A stretch of DNA of 58,580 bases, counting the filler, from Sphacelaria rigidula (lineage: Eukaryota): the NCBI GenBank assembly GCA_964200075.2. It is 6 parts of 6 records of this genome, joined end to end, with 100 filler letters (N's around TTAATTAATTAA, not from the genome) between each part and the next. Parts side by side here need not be neighbours in the genome. Positions count along the whole stretch, not along the records: positions 39,124 to 48,802 come from CAXNAA020007977.1; positions 48,903 to 58,580 come from CAXNAA020007978.1; 4 more parts are not named here. One strand, 5' to 3'. The stretch's first letter is position 1. Each line of letters opens with the position of its first letter. Positions 39,124 through 51,216 of the stretch are shown here, piece after piece. A model generated the notes under the pieces. The model saw only the letters and a program-made list of their open reading frames with translations, was not told the DNA's origin and did not search any database. Position numbers and translations under genes: made by a program.

Positions 39124-40272
39124 ACTTCTTGAAATCACTTTTGCAAGAGTGATTTTTTGGCACTTCTCGGGGGGGGGGAGGGTGGGGGGGGGGGGGGATC
39201 GCAGCAACCAATCATCGTTCGTGTTCCACAAAAGTGTTTTCTTGAAAAGTGATAAGGCGGGGTGTTATCAGGAATGATCATCACTTTTAAAAAAATCGCT
39301 TTTGGAGAACTGATTGCCCTCACAACGACCAGTGCTGCGTCTTATAGACAAGCAGTTTTGTTCACATCGAAGCCCAGATCTGCGCACAGGTGAAAATTGC
39401 AGGCGCGACCTATTTGCATGTGGGTATGCAAATAAGAGCGTACGGTCGCGAACGCCTCCAGAACCAATTCCACGACGAACCCTATCTCAAATGCTGATGA
39501 GCACACGAAGCAACAGGCATACTCCACAGTAGCGCACAAGCAGGGCTGCAACACCGCTCATATTTCTTTTGGTGTAGGGCAGGATGCTGTAAGCGTAGGC
39601 GGCGATGAGTTCTTCGCTCCATACTACCGGAAATCGTAATTTCAATCGTTTTTTTGGGGGGCATTTCTTCAAGCCAAGTTTTTGAATCGCAAAAATATGT
39701 TGATAGTTGCTGCGGCATGGACAACATGGCATTGACATTGGGCATTGACTGGGTGTTCAAGTAAGTGTAATCCTGTCATCATACGAGTGCGCATAACGTA
39801 ATGACAACCGTTCACACCCGCCGCAGCCCATGCGCAGGGATACAGTGTGTCCGCGCAGATATCGGCATTTGGATGCTCTGAGTACTGTACATGACCATAT
39901 ACCCGCAAGGAGGGAAACTTGTGAAATCACACCATCATTGTACTACAAGTACCGTTGTCTGCTGTCTGCTGTGCGTACTGTACACTATTTAATATGTACA
40001 ACGGACAACAGACAAAAGCAATAGTACAGGAGTATTATACTGTACAGGGCCTGTAGAGCTCTGAACGCAATTGACAAATGGTGCGATAGAGGAATACTCC
40101 AACTATCCGTGCTGCCAATTGGATAGCCTGCACAGTACCCAGACACAGTGTACAGACGGCGTGTTGTCTTGTACAACAGCAGTGCAAGAACAGTAGTATG
40201 ATATGGCGGTATTCTCGATGGCAAGAGGCTGATGCGTACTGTATGCACTCGGTGTCGTCAGAGCATCGATAC

Positions 40273-40479
40273 TGTAATGCGTGACATGGCCGCGTGCTTA
40301 GAGAACCGCACCGTTGTTCAAAACACCTTAGGATCGACGTTTTCCAAAACCAATCGGGCCAGTCCCTGCAGGTGCCACGCCCTTGACCATAACCCTAACA
40401 CTAACCATAAACCTAACCCTAATGGGATGTTGCAGTTCCGATGTGGTCCTCTGAGCACGCGGTCCTCTCACGCATTACA
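40273..40479. mobile_element. Second copy of the telomere-repeat MITE
   Basis: Same TGTAATGCGTG...CACGCATTACA termini, same internal sequence and a degenerate CCCTAA tract as 13744-13953. Confidence 0.85.
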
Positions 40480-41248
40480 CGTACTACCGAGCATGCGCGG
40501 TGCTTGGCTGGCCAAGAACACAAGACGACTGTTTGCTGGTCAATATCGAGCAGAGAGCTCATCGCCGCAGGCGTGTGTGGTCTCCTGCCCTACGACAAGA
40601 TGTTTTCTTCACTACCCTGCTGTGGACTGATGCGTAGTGCGACTGACCGTTGTTCGTATGCCCATCATTTCGATTTGAAATTGGGTTTATCTTGGGTTGG
40701 TTCTGGAGGCGTTCGCAACCGGTACCCTCTTATTTGCATACTCCACCTGCAAATAGGTTGAGCCAAAAATGCGGCGGTTCTGGAAGTAAGTGGCCGTTAG
40801 TCCAATATCTCTGTACTGCTGCGGATGAGACGCAAAGAGGTAGCACAGCGCCGACACACTTAGCCACCAAAACCAAAGGATAGACATCCACCACTCATGC
40901 GCATGAGCTCAAGCGGTAGATCTTCATCATCTACAGACGACAGCCTTTGTTTGACGGAAATCTGTTCGGTATGAGAGGAAAGGCGGCCGCGTGCGTGTCA
41001 AATAGCAACCGAAAACGTGCTGTTGCTGACTGTTTTTGAGCGTGTGCTGTGCGCGCGTCTCACGCGAATCATCATTTCTCACTGAGTTCTGGACCGATTT
41101 GAGCAAGGTCACGCACAGCGTAATCGAATATACTCACACTCAATGATTGATAGATGTAAGCAGGCCTGGATGCGAAGGAAATGGATATTGTGATCGGACC
41201 ATGACACATGGGTGAAATACAAGTAATGAGATACAGTTCTGTCATTAA

Positions 41249-42766
41249 CCCTTTTGGGACCCTCCCCTCCTGTCCCCTGGCCAAACGCCTTATTATGAAA
41301 AGCCCTGACGAAGAGGAAAACATGGAAACAGAATAGGTCGACGGCAACCATTTTTATAATGGAAGCCCGGAGAAGAATGTCCTTCCTGGAGAATTTGGGT
41401 AAGGTTTGTCCAATCATACCACGCAACGGATGAAGTGTGTCCAATCATATCCATCGACAACAATCAGCAAAACCACTATGAAACATTCCATTAAAAAAAT
41501 AGCAATGGGCTCCAGGGTCCAACCTGGNNNNNNNNNNTTAGCATTTGTACATAAAGGAAGCACCGCTTTGACGGGCTGCAGCATCGGGTGGCGAGTTTGC
41601 CAAGCCACACCGTACATACAGCACAGTATGGCTGAACCCAGCAAAATCCTGTCACCACATGTGGAAGGCACAGTAGGTTGTGCGGGCGGTACATGGCAGG
41701 TGTAATCGCAGGCGTCCGAACAGGCGATATACATGTACACAGGAGGGAGCCGTCGGACACCGCCTACCGTAACCAGGCCAGATGAAAAACACTACAGTCA
41801 GTAAATACAGTAGGTTACAGTAGTATTGACTTGCGGCTACACTCCGTGCAAGATAAATATGGGCATGTCGTGAAACGTCGGCCACGAGAGTAGACGGCAC
41901 GAGACGACAGCGGTAGCCGGCGTCATGAATCTCATGCAGCATTAAGTATGTCTATGCAACGGTCGGGAATGATCCATCCGCGGTATAGATGTGGTGGGGC
42001 AACTGTGCCTTTCGCTACGCTGTTGTGTAATAGTCAGCCCGAAGTATGATGCTGTCGGCACGTACTTGGCAGAGCGCACTTCTGTGCATGCCCCGCGATT
42101 TACAGAGATATTTTCAAAATAGAAAACAGACATGACACGAAGCAGTAAGGTATTACCCCTGGGGCGACGGCACTTGGCAGACTCTACACCACAGAGACGG
42201 TGTATAACTGCAGGGTACATGGCGTCTGCGTCGCTTTTACCCATTTTTCAAAGGGCGTGATGGTGCTGTCGGAACGTGCATGGGCGCGATGTTGTGCATG
42301 ACGTGAGTCTGCAGTCGAGATTACCTCAAACTGCTGTAAATACACACAGTACTGTGCAGGGCAGTGTCGCAGGACCCCCGGCTGCACGGAAAGGTGACTG
42401 CCTGGGAGTGCATACCACCAGTTCATACAGTTAGCGAATGTGCCATCGGCGTTGCCCTTGTTGCTATGACACTGCAAAGAGTATAAACTGCAGCGGGCAG
42501 GGAGTGCAGGTCAGGCCGGAAGCATGCTTCACAGAGACCTGCCGCGCACTGTGGCCGAGCAAGGACCTCATGAGTGTAGAAAAAAAGCCGACGGATCGAA
42601 GCAAGAAAATAGGAAACTTTCTCTTGTTCCACTTGCCACTCGTACGGGTCCGAAAAATACGCGTTTCGCCAAAATTGTTGCGTCTAAGCTATGAGCCATC
42701 AACCATATTTTGCTCAAAAATCGTCAATTGCAGATGATCAATTTTACATTGTGAGTTCCAAAAGGG
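41249..42766. mobile_element. Non-autonomous piggyBac-like element containing ~1 kb of extra sequence
   Basis: TTAA|CCCTTTTGGGAC ... GTTCCAAAAGGG|TTAA. Both ends are homologous to 57873-58506. There is an internal N gap at 41528-41537. Confidence 0.75.
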
Positions 42767-42784
42767 TTAAAGGTATACCCGATT

Positions 42785-43082
42785 TGTTGGTTGCAGCAAG
42801 AATCCGCTGAGAGACACACGCCCAATCGCGTGGCCAAGGAATTGGGCTCTGACATGTTGTTTTTCTACATGAGTGGCTTTTCGTGATTGACCACGCCCCT
42901 TTTTGGCAGTGCACTTTTCTGGGTTTTTACGTTTTGGGTGGAGAGTATAATATAAATTTATCAACAAGGGAATCAATAGAACAGAGGTCCCACGACCTTT
43001 TCTTACACATAGACCCCAGCGCCGAGTAGGAGATTCAGCCCTAACGCTCGCGACCAGGCTACGCTCCGCACAGGCAACCTCA
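42785..43082 (+). repeat. Probable 5' LTR of the copia element
   Basis: Starts TGTTGG, ends CA, and contains TATAATATAAAT. It is followed by a copia-like PBS (GGTTTATTCAGCC) and the gag ATG. The 3' LTR is not on the contig. Confidence 0.6.
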
Positions 43083-45645
43083 GGGTTTATTCAGCCGAAA
43101 CAAATGGACCCCGAAAATCAAGTAGACAATATCATCATCAAGATTCAAGACGCCGACCCAGACGCGGCAAGGAAGATACTATCAGAATACGTGCAGGAGC
43201 ACGCGAAACAGATACAAGACCTGTGACAACAAAGTCAAGCACAGGAAGAGGGTCCAGGACTGGGAGCGCTCGCGTCAGCAACAAGAGCTACGCCCCTCCA
43301 GCAGCGATTCCAACCTACGACTACTACAGCAGCATTTCAAGACGCACGCTGGGATACACAGGGTCAAGCCCAGATGCTACAGTCTGACATTTTGAGGGTA
43401 CGTTCGCATAACAGTATTGCAGCGTGGGATGGTACGGCAAAGAGTGGTGAAGAAGTAAGAGAGAAGTTCATGGTTTTCAAGCTACAAATGACAGCATATT
43501 TTAAGCAAGAGTTGTGCGAAGAGGCTCTTCACACAACTTTCCCCATTAGGGTACATTTTGATAATGAGCGGGATTTGATCGAGAGGTTCGGGACCGAGTG
43601 GGTAGGGAAGGCCAGCAGAGCATGGAGTATACTAGTCGAAAAAAATATTACAACAACGTGTGAGACAGGGAAACCCCAGCGAGGGATGGAAGTACGCTGT
43701 AGACTACTACACCGTTTCTCCAACCACCGAAAAGGCACAGTTGGATCATCAATGGCAGACCCTCGATATGAACTTGGGAGAGGACACCCGTATGTTTCTA
43801 GATAGAGCGAAATTGATAGGGTACAACCGTTCTAAGCTTGGAGTTGTGATATCAGATGCAGACGCGAATCGGCACTACATACACCGCCTTTCACGTGACT
43901 TCGACATCGTCCGTGGTGTATTGCTTGCTTTCGATGAAGTAACAACAGATACCCCGGAGTGCAAGGTGATGATGGCGCATGGAAAGATGGAACTGGCCAG
44001 GAGTAGGGCAGGCAGGAATCGGGATGGGGTTCAAGGCCACGCGCTCGTAGCTGTCACTGGGGGTGGTGGAGGCGGGGGCGTGCTGCAAAACGGACGACGG
44101 CAAGGTGGTGAGAGACGTCGACAACAGAGTGATGTTTTTTGTCATTTCCACAATACGACCCAGCATGATGACTCCGAATGCCACGCACAACGAAACATGC
44201 ACGCACGAGAAAATCGTGGTGATCGTGGAGCGTGAAATGGTGTTCGCCAGCAGCAATACCATAGTGCAGACAGTTTTGGAGGTCGTGGGGGTAGTGGACG
44301 CGGTAGGATTCCCACCCAATCACCGCAGCTCACTCAGCAACAGCAACAGCGCCAGCGCCAGCAACCCCAGCAACATCAGCAGCAAGCGAGACGTGGAGGA
44401 CGAGGCGTAGGGTGTGGGTTTGGTCACAGGTACGGTGCTGCGGGGCGCGGGGGCGGGAATGCCCACCCCGGCAGCCAACTACCGTATTATGACCCGTCGC
44501 AAGGTGGGTATGACTATTCAGCTTATCCTGATCGTTTATACCGCCCCGTAGGGAACGAACCCCCAATTCACCACGCCGACCCCCGTAAACGATGCATCAC
44601 ATGCGACGAACTGGACCACATGCGTACTTTTTGCCCATGGCGTAGAGTAGTGATGCCGCAAGTCAATTCGGGGGTACGCCATGCGCATCCCGCCCAGAAT
44701 CAACCTTGTCACGGAGGACACCCCCCCCCCCCCCCCTGGATTCATTCCTACGGATCGATCAACACCGTGCAACTTTACGGTGACCAAGGGGGGTACGAAG
44801 AGAGCAGCCACGATGAACAACAGTGGAACGGAAGGGAAGAAGACGGGTGGGTGTTGGGAGACAGCAGCGACTTCAGCGGTGCAGGTTATGCGCACTGTAT
44901 CCAGTTTCCCCGCAACCCCCTGCAATCCTCCGCAGGTGCCACCAACAACCAGATCCAGTCATCACCGCAGCGAGGTAAACTTCAACTGCAACACCCTCAC
45001 CAACTACAGCAGCAGCAACAACCTCATCATGCCCAACCGGATTCCAATCTGCCTTCCTCCGGTTCAGCTTCATCCTCTGCGCCGCTTCACCTGTGCATGG
45101 CACACACTGTGTCCCAAGGCGAGTCACGCTTTGAGTTGGGTGATTTTACTCTGGGTGTTGCTTTGCTTAACCAGAGTGTGTCGGGGTTGGACGTGGATGA
45201 TGGTACAGAGGAGTGGATAAGTGATAATGGTGCTTCACACCATACCACTGGTTCAATGGTTGGTATGTTTGGTTTACGCCCACCCCCGAAAGGAAATGAA
45301 CACGTGGTCGTGGGGAACGGAACAATTCTCCCTGTCAGAGCAGTAGGGAGTTTTAAGCTTAAATTCCACATGGGCAATTCCACCGCCCCGACATCTGTCG
45401 GTGCGCCCTCAGAATTTTGCGTGCAACTGACTGACGTTTACTTTCTTGAAGGTTTACATTTCAATTTTTTTTCTCTGCACCAAGTGCAGAAGAAGCAGCA
45501 TGTACTCCTGACTGAAACAGGAGTACATGTGTTTGACGGTCGGCTTCGCTTCGATCGCAATGAGCGGTCTTCGTCACAAAAGGCCACTCGTTTACCGTCA
45601 ACATACGAGAACCCCCCACTTGCCCTACCAGCTATAGGTGTTGTT

Positions 45646-46250
45646 GCCCCTCCCCCAAGCGTTCGTGTCCAGTCTGTTCCTCCGGCGAATGTGGTTACTT
45701 CAAGTTTGGTTTCCAGTCCGCTTCACCGGCAAGTGTTGTAACTGCCCCTCTCCCAAGCGTTCGTGTCCAGTCCGTTCCTCCGGCGAACGTAGTGACTTCG
45801 AGTGTTGGTGTACAGTCCGCTTCACCGGCAAATGTTGTAACTGCCCCTCCCCCAAGCGTTCGTGTCCAGTCCGTTCCTCCGGCGAACGTGGTAACTTCAA
45901 GTGTTGGTGTACAGTCCGCTTCACCGGCAAATGTTGTAACTGCCCCTCCCCCAAGCGTTCGTGTCCAGTCCGTTCCTCCGGCGAACATAGTGACTTCAAG
46001 TGTAGGTGTACAGTCCGCTTCACCTGCAAGCGTTGTTTCTGCCCCTCCCCTAAGCGTTCGAGGTGCCTCTATTAGGAGTAGGAACGGTGCTCCGTCTCGA
46101 AAGGGATGCGTGGTCAATGGTCAAATGACTAAGGCAAGCAACAAATGAGTACGCCCCCCCCCTAAGCGTTCGATTACAGTCCGTTCCTCTGGCGAACGTA
46201 GTGACTTCAAGTGTTGGTGTACAGCTCGCTTCCCCTGGAAGCGTTGTACC
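45646..46250 (+). repeat. 99-bp tandem repeat (about five units) in copia pol
   Basis: GTTCG anchors fall at 45661, 45759, 45858, 45957 and 46056. The unit encodes APPPSVRVQSVPPANVVTSSVGVQSASPANVVT. Confidence 0.95.
46061..46158 (+). mobile_element. 5'-truncated LINE 3' end with oligo-C tail, inserted in the tandem repeat
   Basis: Same sequence as 55795-55890. Flanked by duplicated CCCCTAAGCGTTCG at 46047-46060 and 46159-46172. Confidence 0.85.
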
Positions 46251-48729
46251 TGCTCTCACCAACGGTGTTGGTTTCCTCTGTGCAGTCCAAGGGCTCCTCT
46301 GCCCAGACTTGAGTGTGTTCAAGGATGAAGCTCTGATGGCTGGATTTGACGTGACCTCTCCCCAAGATGTTTTTCCGCGTTTTCTGAGTGAAGAAATGGG
46401 AGTTATGGCCGAAAACGGGATGGCCCTTGCTGTTCTTGCCCCCAGCTCTCACCCATTTTCAGTTGGAAAAACGAAAAAAAAAAGCATACATTAATTTGTT
46501 CCGCGTTTCCCTTCCCCACATTTATGAGACGTTACTGCGAGAAAGCGCAAAACAAGAGGGCATTGCATTGACAGGGGTACTGATGCCATGTGCGGGATGT
46601 TTGGAAGCGAAGGGACAGAGGGCAGGTATTCCGCGACGCCTGGGCACGAGGGCGACGATTGTACTTGGCAGGGTGCATCTCGACCTCTCCAGCCCACACC
46701 CTCGTACTCTGGGTTCATCAACCCGTATGCTGGGCTGCGTCGACAGCAGGTCGCCCTTCATGATGGTTCATGGCCTCGCACGTAAGTCTGACACGTTGGC
46801 GAAGATGAAATGTTTCATCGCCGACGTCAGCGCCATCGGTACCCCCGGTTGTTTTCGCATGGACAACGGGGGCGAGTTCACCTCCAACGTTGTCGGTGCC
46901 TTCTGCGACGATGCAACGATTCGTCGTGAGTACACTGCCCCCGACACTCTGAAGCACAACGCTGTGGTGGAAAATGCAATTTGGAGGGTCATGAAGGGGG
47001 GCCACACCGCCCGTCTTGAAGCGCGACGTCTGTTCCTGGAGTGCCGCTTCGACGACATACCTCACCTGGGGGAAGAACATGGAGCGCCTGTGGCGGGAGG
47101 CCGCGGTGTGGGCAGCGGACGGGCTCAATCGTTCCGCTACTACGGCGAACCGAGGAAGACTGTCGCCGTATGAAGTGTTCACCGGCAAGCGCCCGCCGCT
47201 ACAGATTGTGCCGTTTCTGCAACCCGGCATGATGCGGGTCAACCGCCGAAAAAAAATGGATGCTCAGTCCGTGGCCTGCCATTACCTCAATAATGGCAGT
47301 AACCATTCTTCGTCGACGGTCAAGGCCCTGAAGGCTGCTACCGGTGCCGTCTGCTACACCAACAACGTTGTCTGGACGGTACCACGTGTGCCACTGCAAT
47401 CGTCAGCAACGCCGATCGCCGGGGGGGAGAAGGCCCATTCCAGTACCGTCACTGCCGCCGCCGCACCGTCAGCAGAACAGCATCACGGGACGCCGCTCGC
47501 CGGGGGGGGGAAGGTCCAAACGCCGCTCGTCAGGGGGGAAGAGGTTCATGGCAGCACCGTCGCCGCCGTCGCCACACCGCTGCTCCCGCCGACATATCAC
47601 AGAGTGGAGTTCGAGCCGCCGCCACCGCCGCCGTGCCAGCAAACTCCGCTGACTCAGCCGATCCTGCCGCCGCCGCGCCCGCCGAATCCGCCGACTCAGT
47701 CGGTACTACCGCCGCCACACCCGTACACTCCGCCGATGCATCGATCGCCGCCGACATCCACGCCGATCTTCTCCGGCTCTTCGGCCCCAATCCCGTCCCC
47801 GATACCATCAGCATCTTCGTTTGCGTTGCGCGATGCATCATCCGCCCCCGAAGTGATGGACCATTCTTTCTCGCCGCTCCCAATCAACGTGAGGAAGGAG
47901 CTGGATCTGGAAACAGACCCCCCGGCAGCCAGGGCGGACGCGATCAGGGTCGACACAACACAAGACAGACAAGGCTGGAATCTTGCACCACAGCTGGGGA
48001 CTCATGCAGCAGTTGGATAAGCAATCTTTGCTGTCTGCTCTCCTCACGCGCGGCGTGGTTGATGCCGGGCGACAGGGCAACGATGGTGAGAAAGGTTGGC
48101 GCGGGGGGATACCGATGTGACTGGCGACGAGGCTGGCGACGCGTGAAGATATAGATACCGCTTTGCGTGAGCAGCGCCCGCGGCACATCCCACCGGAACT
48201 CCCACATTGTCCAGCAAAGGATATCAAGGTCCCCAACGGATACAAGCAGGCGGTGCGCTCGGAGTACGGTGATTTATGGAGGGACTCGACGGGGCGGGAA
48301 TGGCGGGGAATTCTGGAGGCGGGGACGGTAGAGTCAGCGGAAGAGCAATTCGTGGACAACTATATCCATGCAAAGTGGGTATATAACTGGAAGGTGGACG
48401 AGTTTGGATGGCCCGCGAAGATGTAGTCGAGACTAGTAGCAAGAGGAGATATGCAGAGGGAGAACATAGATTTTGGAGAGTTGAATGTCCCCGCTGTAGC
48501 AGTTTCTACCGTACGTTTGTTGGCGATTATGGCTTGTGAGCAAAATCTTGCGTTGCGCCATTTTGATATCGAACAAGCTTTTGTACAGTCTGAGTTGGAC
48601 TAGGGTGTTGTCATGCGGATTGTTTCGGGATTTGATCAGTGCTTGGCGGATTCATGTGCATTTCGGTTGATTGAGGTTGGCAGGGTGATTATCACTATTG
48701 TAGTACATGTAGATGATATATTCGCAGTG

Positions 48730-48802
48730 AACAGCCAATCATCTATGTTGAGGATGGTGCTTTTCATTGAGGATGAGAACCCGGAGGATTAAAATCTTCG
48801 TA
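48730..48802. mobile_element. Start of a foldback-family copy interrupting the copia RT
   Basis: aacagccaatcatc...ttgaggatgg.gcttttca.tgaggatgagaacc matches 28500 and 32920. Confidence 0.8.
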
Positions 48803-48902
48803 NNNNNNNNNNNNNNNNNNNNNNNNNNNNNNNNNNNNNNNNNNNNTTAATTAATTAANNNNNNNNNNNNNNNNNNNNNNNNNNNNNNNNNNNNNNNNNN
48901 NN
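48803..48902. other. Artificial contig spacer
   Basis: 44 N + TTAATTAATTAA + 44 N. Confidence 0.98.
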
Positions 48903-48946
48903 CGCGGACGTTGCGAGGTGGGACGGGCCCCGCCGCAGCGGGCGGC

Positions 48947-49015
48947 GGCGTACTCAGTTGTTGCTTGCCTTAGTCGTTTGACCATCGGCAACGCATCCTC
49001 TTCGAGACGGAGCAA
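48947..49015 (-). mobile_element. LINE 3'-end fragment (same family as 46061)
   Basis: The reverse strand reads gctccgtctcgaa...atggtcaaacgactaaggcaagcaacaactgagtacgcc. Confidence 0.75.
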
Positions 49016-49594
49016 CGCGCACCGAGATGGGGGGGAACCGTCGAAAAGAATCGCGGCCAATTATACCGACAGGTGCGTGTGTCGTGACTAGGGGGGGAAT
49101 GCATGCCATCCCGAAACACACTGGACAATACGAGCTGGGCCAGCCCAGAAACGGATTTAACCTGGCAGAGCAATAAAGCATCACCGGAAACGATTTGGGC
49201 CGTGATCTGCATATCGTATCAATCGTCTCATCGAGGGGAAGGTGCCCATCTACTCAAAAGTTTGGGCCCATATTTTCTCGTTGATTAAATCGTATGTCTA
49301 GTAATTCCTATATCTAAGGGAGATAGCGCCAATAAAAAATCTCTATGAAACTCTCGATTTATACATTTAGCTGATGGCGACGAAAATTGGTGTGGAGAAC
49401 CGCAGAAGAGTGCCGAATAAAAAAAAGGGCCTTCATTTTTTTTCTTTTTCATAGAGGTTAGGGCGTCCTCGTGAAAAAATGGTCTTTACCGTACCAACAC
49501 GCCCTGGCGAGGGCCCACACAAATTTGCAATACACAAAAACCAAATGTGGGCCGGTGAGTGTCCNNNNNNNNNNCTACCGATCCGATTCTTACA

Positions 49595-49869
49595 AGGCGA
49601 ATGCGCCGGGCAATATTTAGAGTTGAACCCTGAAATTTGGGATGGACAATGCACAGAGCATAATAACAAAATCGGGAAGAAGCACATGAAGGATTTTTTT
49701 TCGTGAGTCAAGGGCAATAATCAGTTTTCAGGTTTCAGCAAAACGCCCTCATCTCACGAAAAGAAGAACAAAAATAATGTGTTTCTTCCCGATTTTTTTA
49801 TTATGCCCTATGCATTATCCATACCAAATTTCAGGGTCTAACTCCAAATAGTGGCCGGCGCATCCGCCT
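49595..49869. mobile_element. Inverted-repeat element with ~115-bp arms
   Basis: aggcgaatgcgccgg...ccctgaaatttgg...aatcgggaagaa.cacat...ttttcgtgag pairs with ctcacgaaaa...atgtg.ttcttcccgatt...ccaaatttcaggg...ccggcgcatccgcct. Confidence 0.7.
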
Positions 49870-50814
49870 GCAAACTTTCATGCAGCCTCTAGGCTGGCCC
49901 AGCCTGTAGAAACGCGCGGGGAGGAGCTTTGGGGCATACAATCTGCGCTGGGCTTGAGCGGTGAAGCAGCTTTGTTAGAAAGCACCGTGCGTTACAGCAA
50001 ACGTGATACATCTCCTGGCCGAGGAAAAACGTGGAGGTAAAAGCTCCCGCTTCAAGAGCGTCGTCAGTGGGCACAGCAATCTTTTGGCAGCTGAACCGAT
50101 TGGCTCGGCATCCATCGGCATGGGGAAGAGTAGCGGGCGGCACTGCACCAACGAAGCTAAACAGCGCCTCACAGGAAAGTCGGCATCACAATTTGCGCAG
50201 TCCCACGCGAGTGGCGGACACAGAGCGGGTGTCTCATCGGACGGACATCACCCGTTGCCCAACAGCTCCCAATCGATCCACGTAGGGTTGAGATAAGGTG
50301 TGAGGTTCAGCAATTTTGAGCTGTGTCGACCGTGAACCATTCGACGTACTCGATCGATACCCCTCCAAAAAGGTGTGTAATGCTATCTCGCGCGTGCATC
50401 ATCCGTGCACCGCCAGTAGGGAACACATCAAACGGCATGCTGAACTGTACTGCGGGGTTAGCGAGCAGCGACAGGAAACGATCAACAGAAGCAGTGACTC
50501 ATATGGCCTACCCCGCCGCCAAAGGTCGGAGTAGCCCTGGGCGGCTAATACATTGGTATGGATCTTTCACCACTTGCACTCCAAATGAAACGCCCAGGAA
50601 ATGCAGCCAAAAGAGAAGGACTCGTGCATGGTACGAGATAGTGGCGAATATGGCGATGGATTGAAACCAATTGATACAAGTGATTTATTCCGCACATTCA
50701 CCATGCTTAGTCCCATATTACCGACAAAGAACTAAACAGAAAGTGCAAATCAACAGCACCGTCGTGCAGCTGTGTACGTCAGATATACGTACCGCTTGAA
50801 ATTTAGGTTTGTGC

Positions 50815-51216
50815 GAGGTAATTCCTCGACGGACACTCGGGAATATCTTCCCTTCGATGTGGCGGCTCTCTCATCACCCCGCCCCCCTCTTTTTAGCCTC
50901 TTCGTACGTTTTTGTTGACGAGAAGAGGCTTGTAGGGGATACCTGTCCCGCCGGCTAGCGGTGAGGGTGCATACTCCCCTCTACATACTACAATCCAACG
51001 ACCTCCATAAAAAGATTTCCCGTGAGTCTGATCTCTGCTTCGAAGTCACCTACCAGTTGTGTGATCCTCCACCATTATCACCACCCTTGTCACGACTTTA
51101 CGTTCGGTCGCTCTTTGGTGGGAGTTGGGATTCGAACCCCCAACCTTCTGTTCATGAAGCGTACGAGTGATCTCATGGTGTCGCCAGTGTAAAGAGGTAA
51201 TTCCTCGACTGACACT
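50815..51216 (-). mobile_element. SINE-like element with a tRNA-like head between 23-bp direct repeats
   Basis: GAGGTAATTCCTCGAC(G/T)GACACT at 50815 and 51194. The reverse strand has GGTTCGAATCCC followed by ...ACCA (~51142-51116). Confidence 0.55.

Larger units (their letters stand above)
42785..48729 (+). mobile_element. Decayed Ty1/copia LTR retrotransposon (gag-PR-IN-RT)
   Basis: Gag ATG at 43104. Zn knuckle CITCDELDHMRTFC (~44595). Protease WISDNGASHH (~45215). Integrase CAGC, VHLD, FRMDNGGEF, HNAVVEN and SPYEVFTG (46490-47190). RT AKWVYNWK, SRLVARG, HFDIEQAF and HVDD (48370-48720). Integrase precedes RT. Many stops and frameshifts, and a deletion inside RT. Confidence 0.93.

Noticed and set aside
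45646-46250. CRISPR-like periodic array
   Set aside because: Whole 99-bp units repeat with no unique spacers, inside a eukaryotic retrotransposon.
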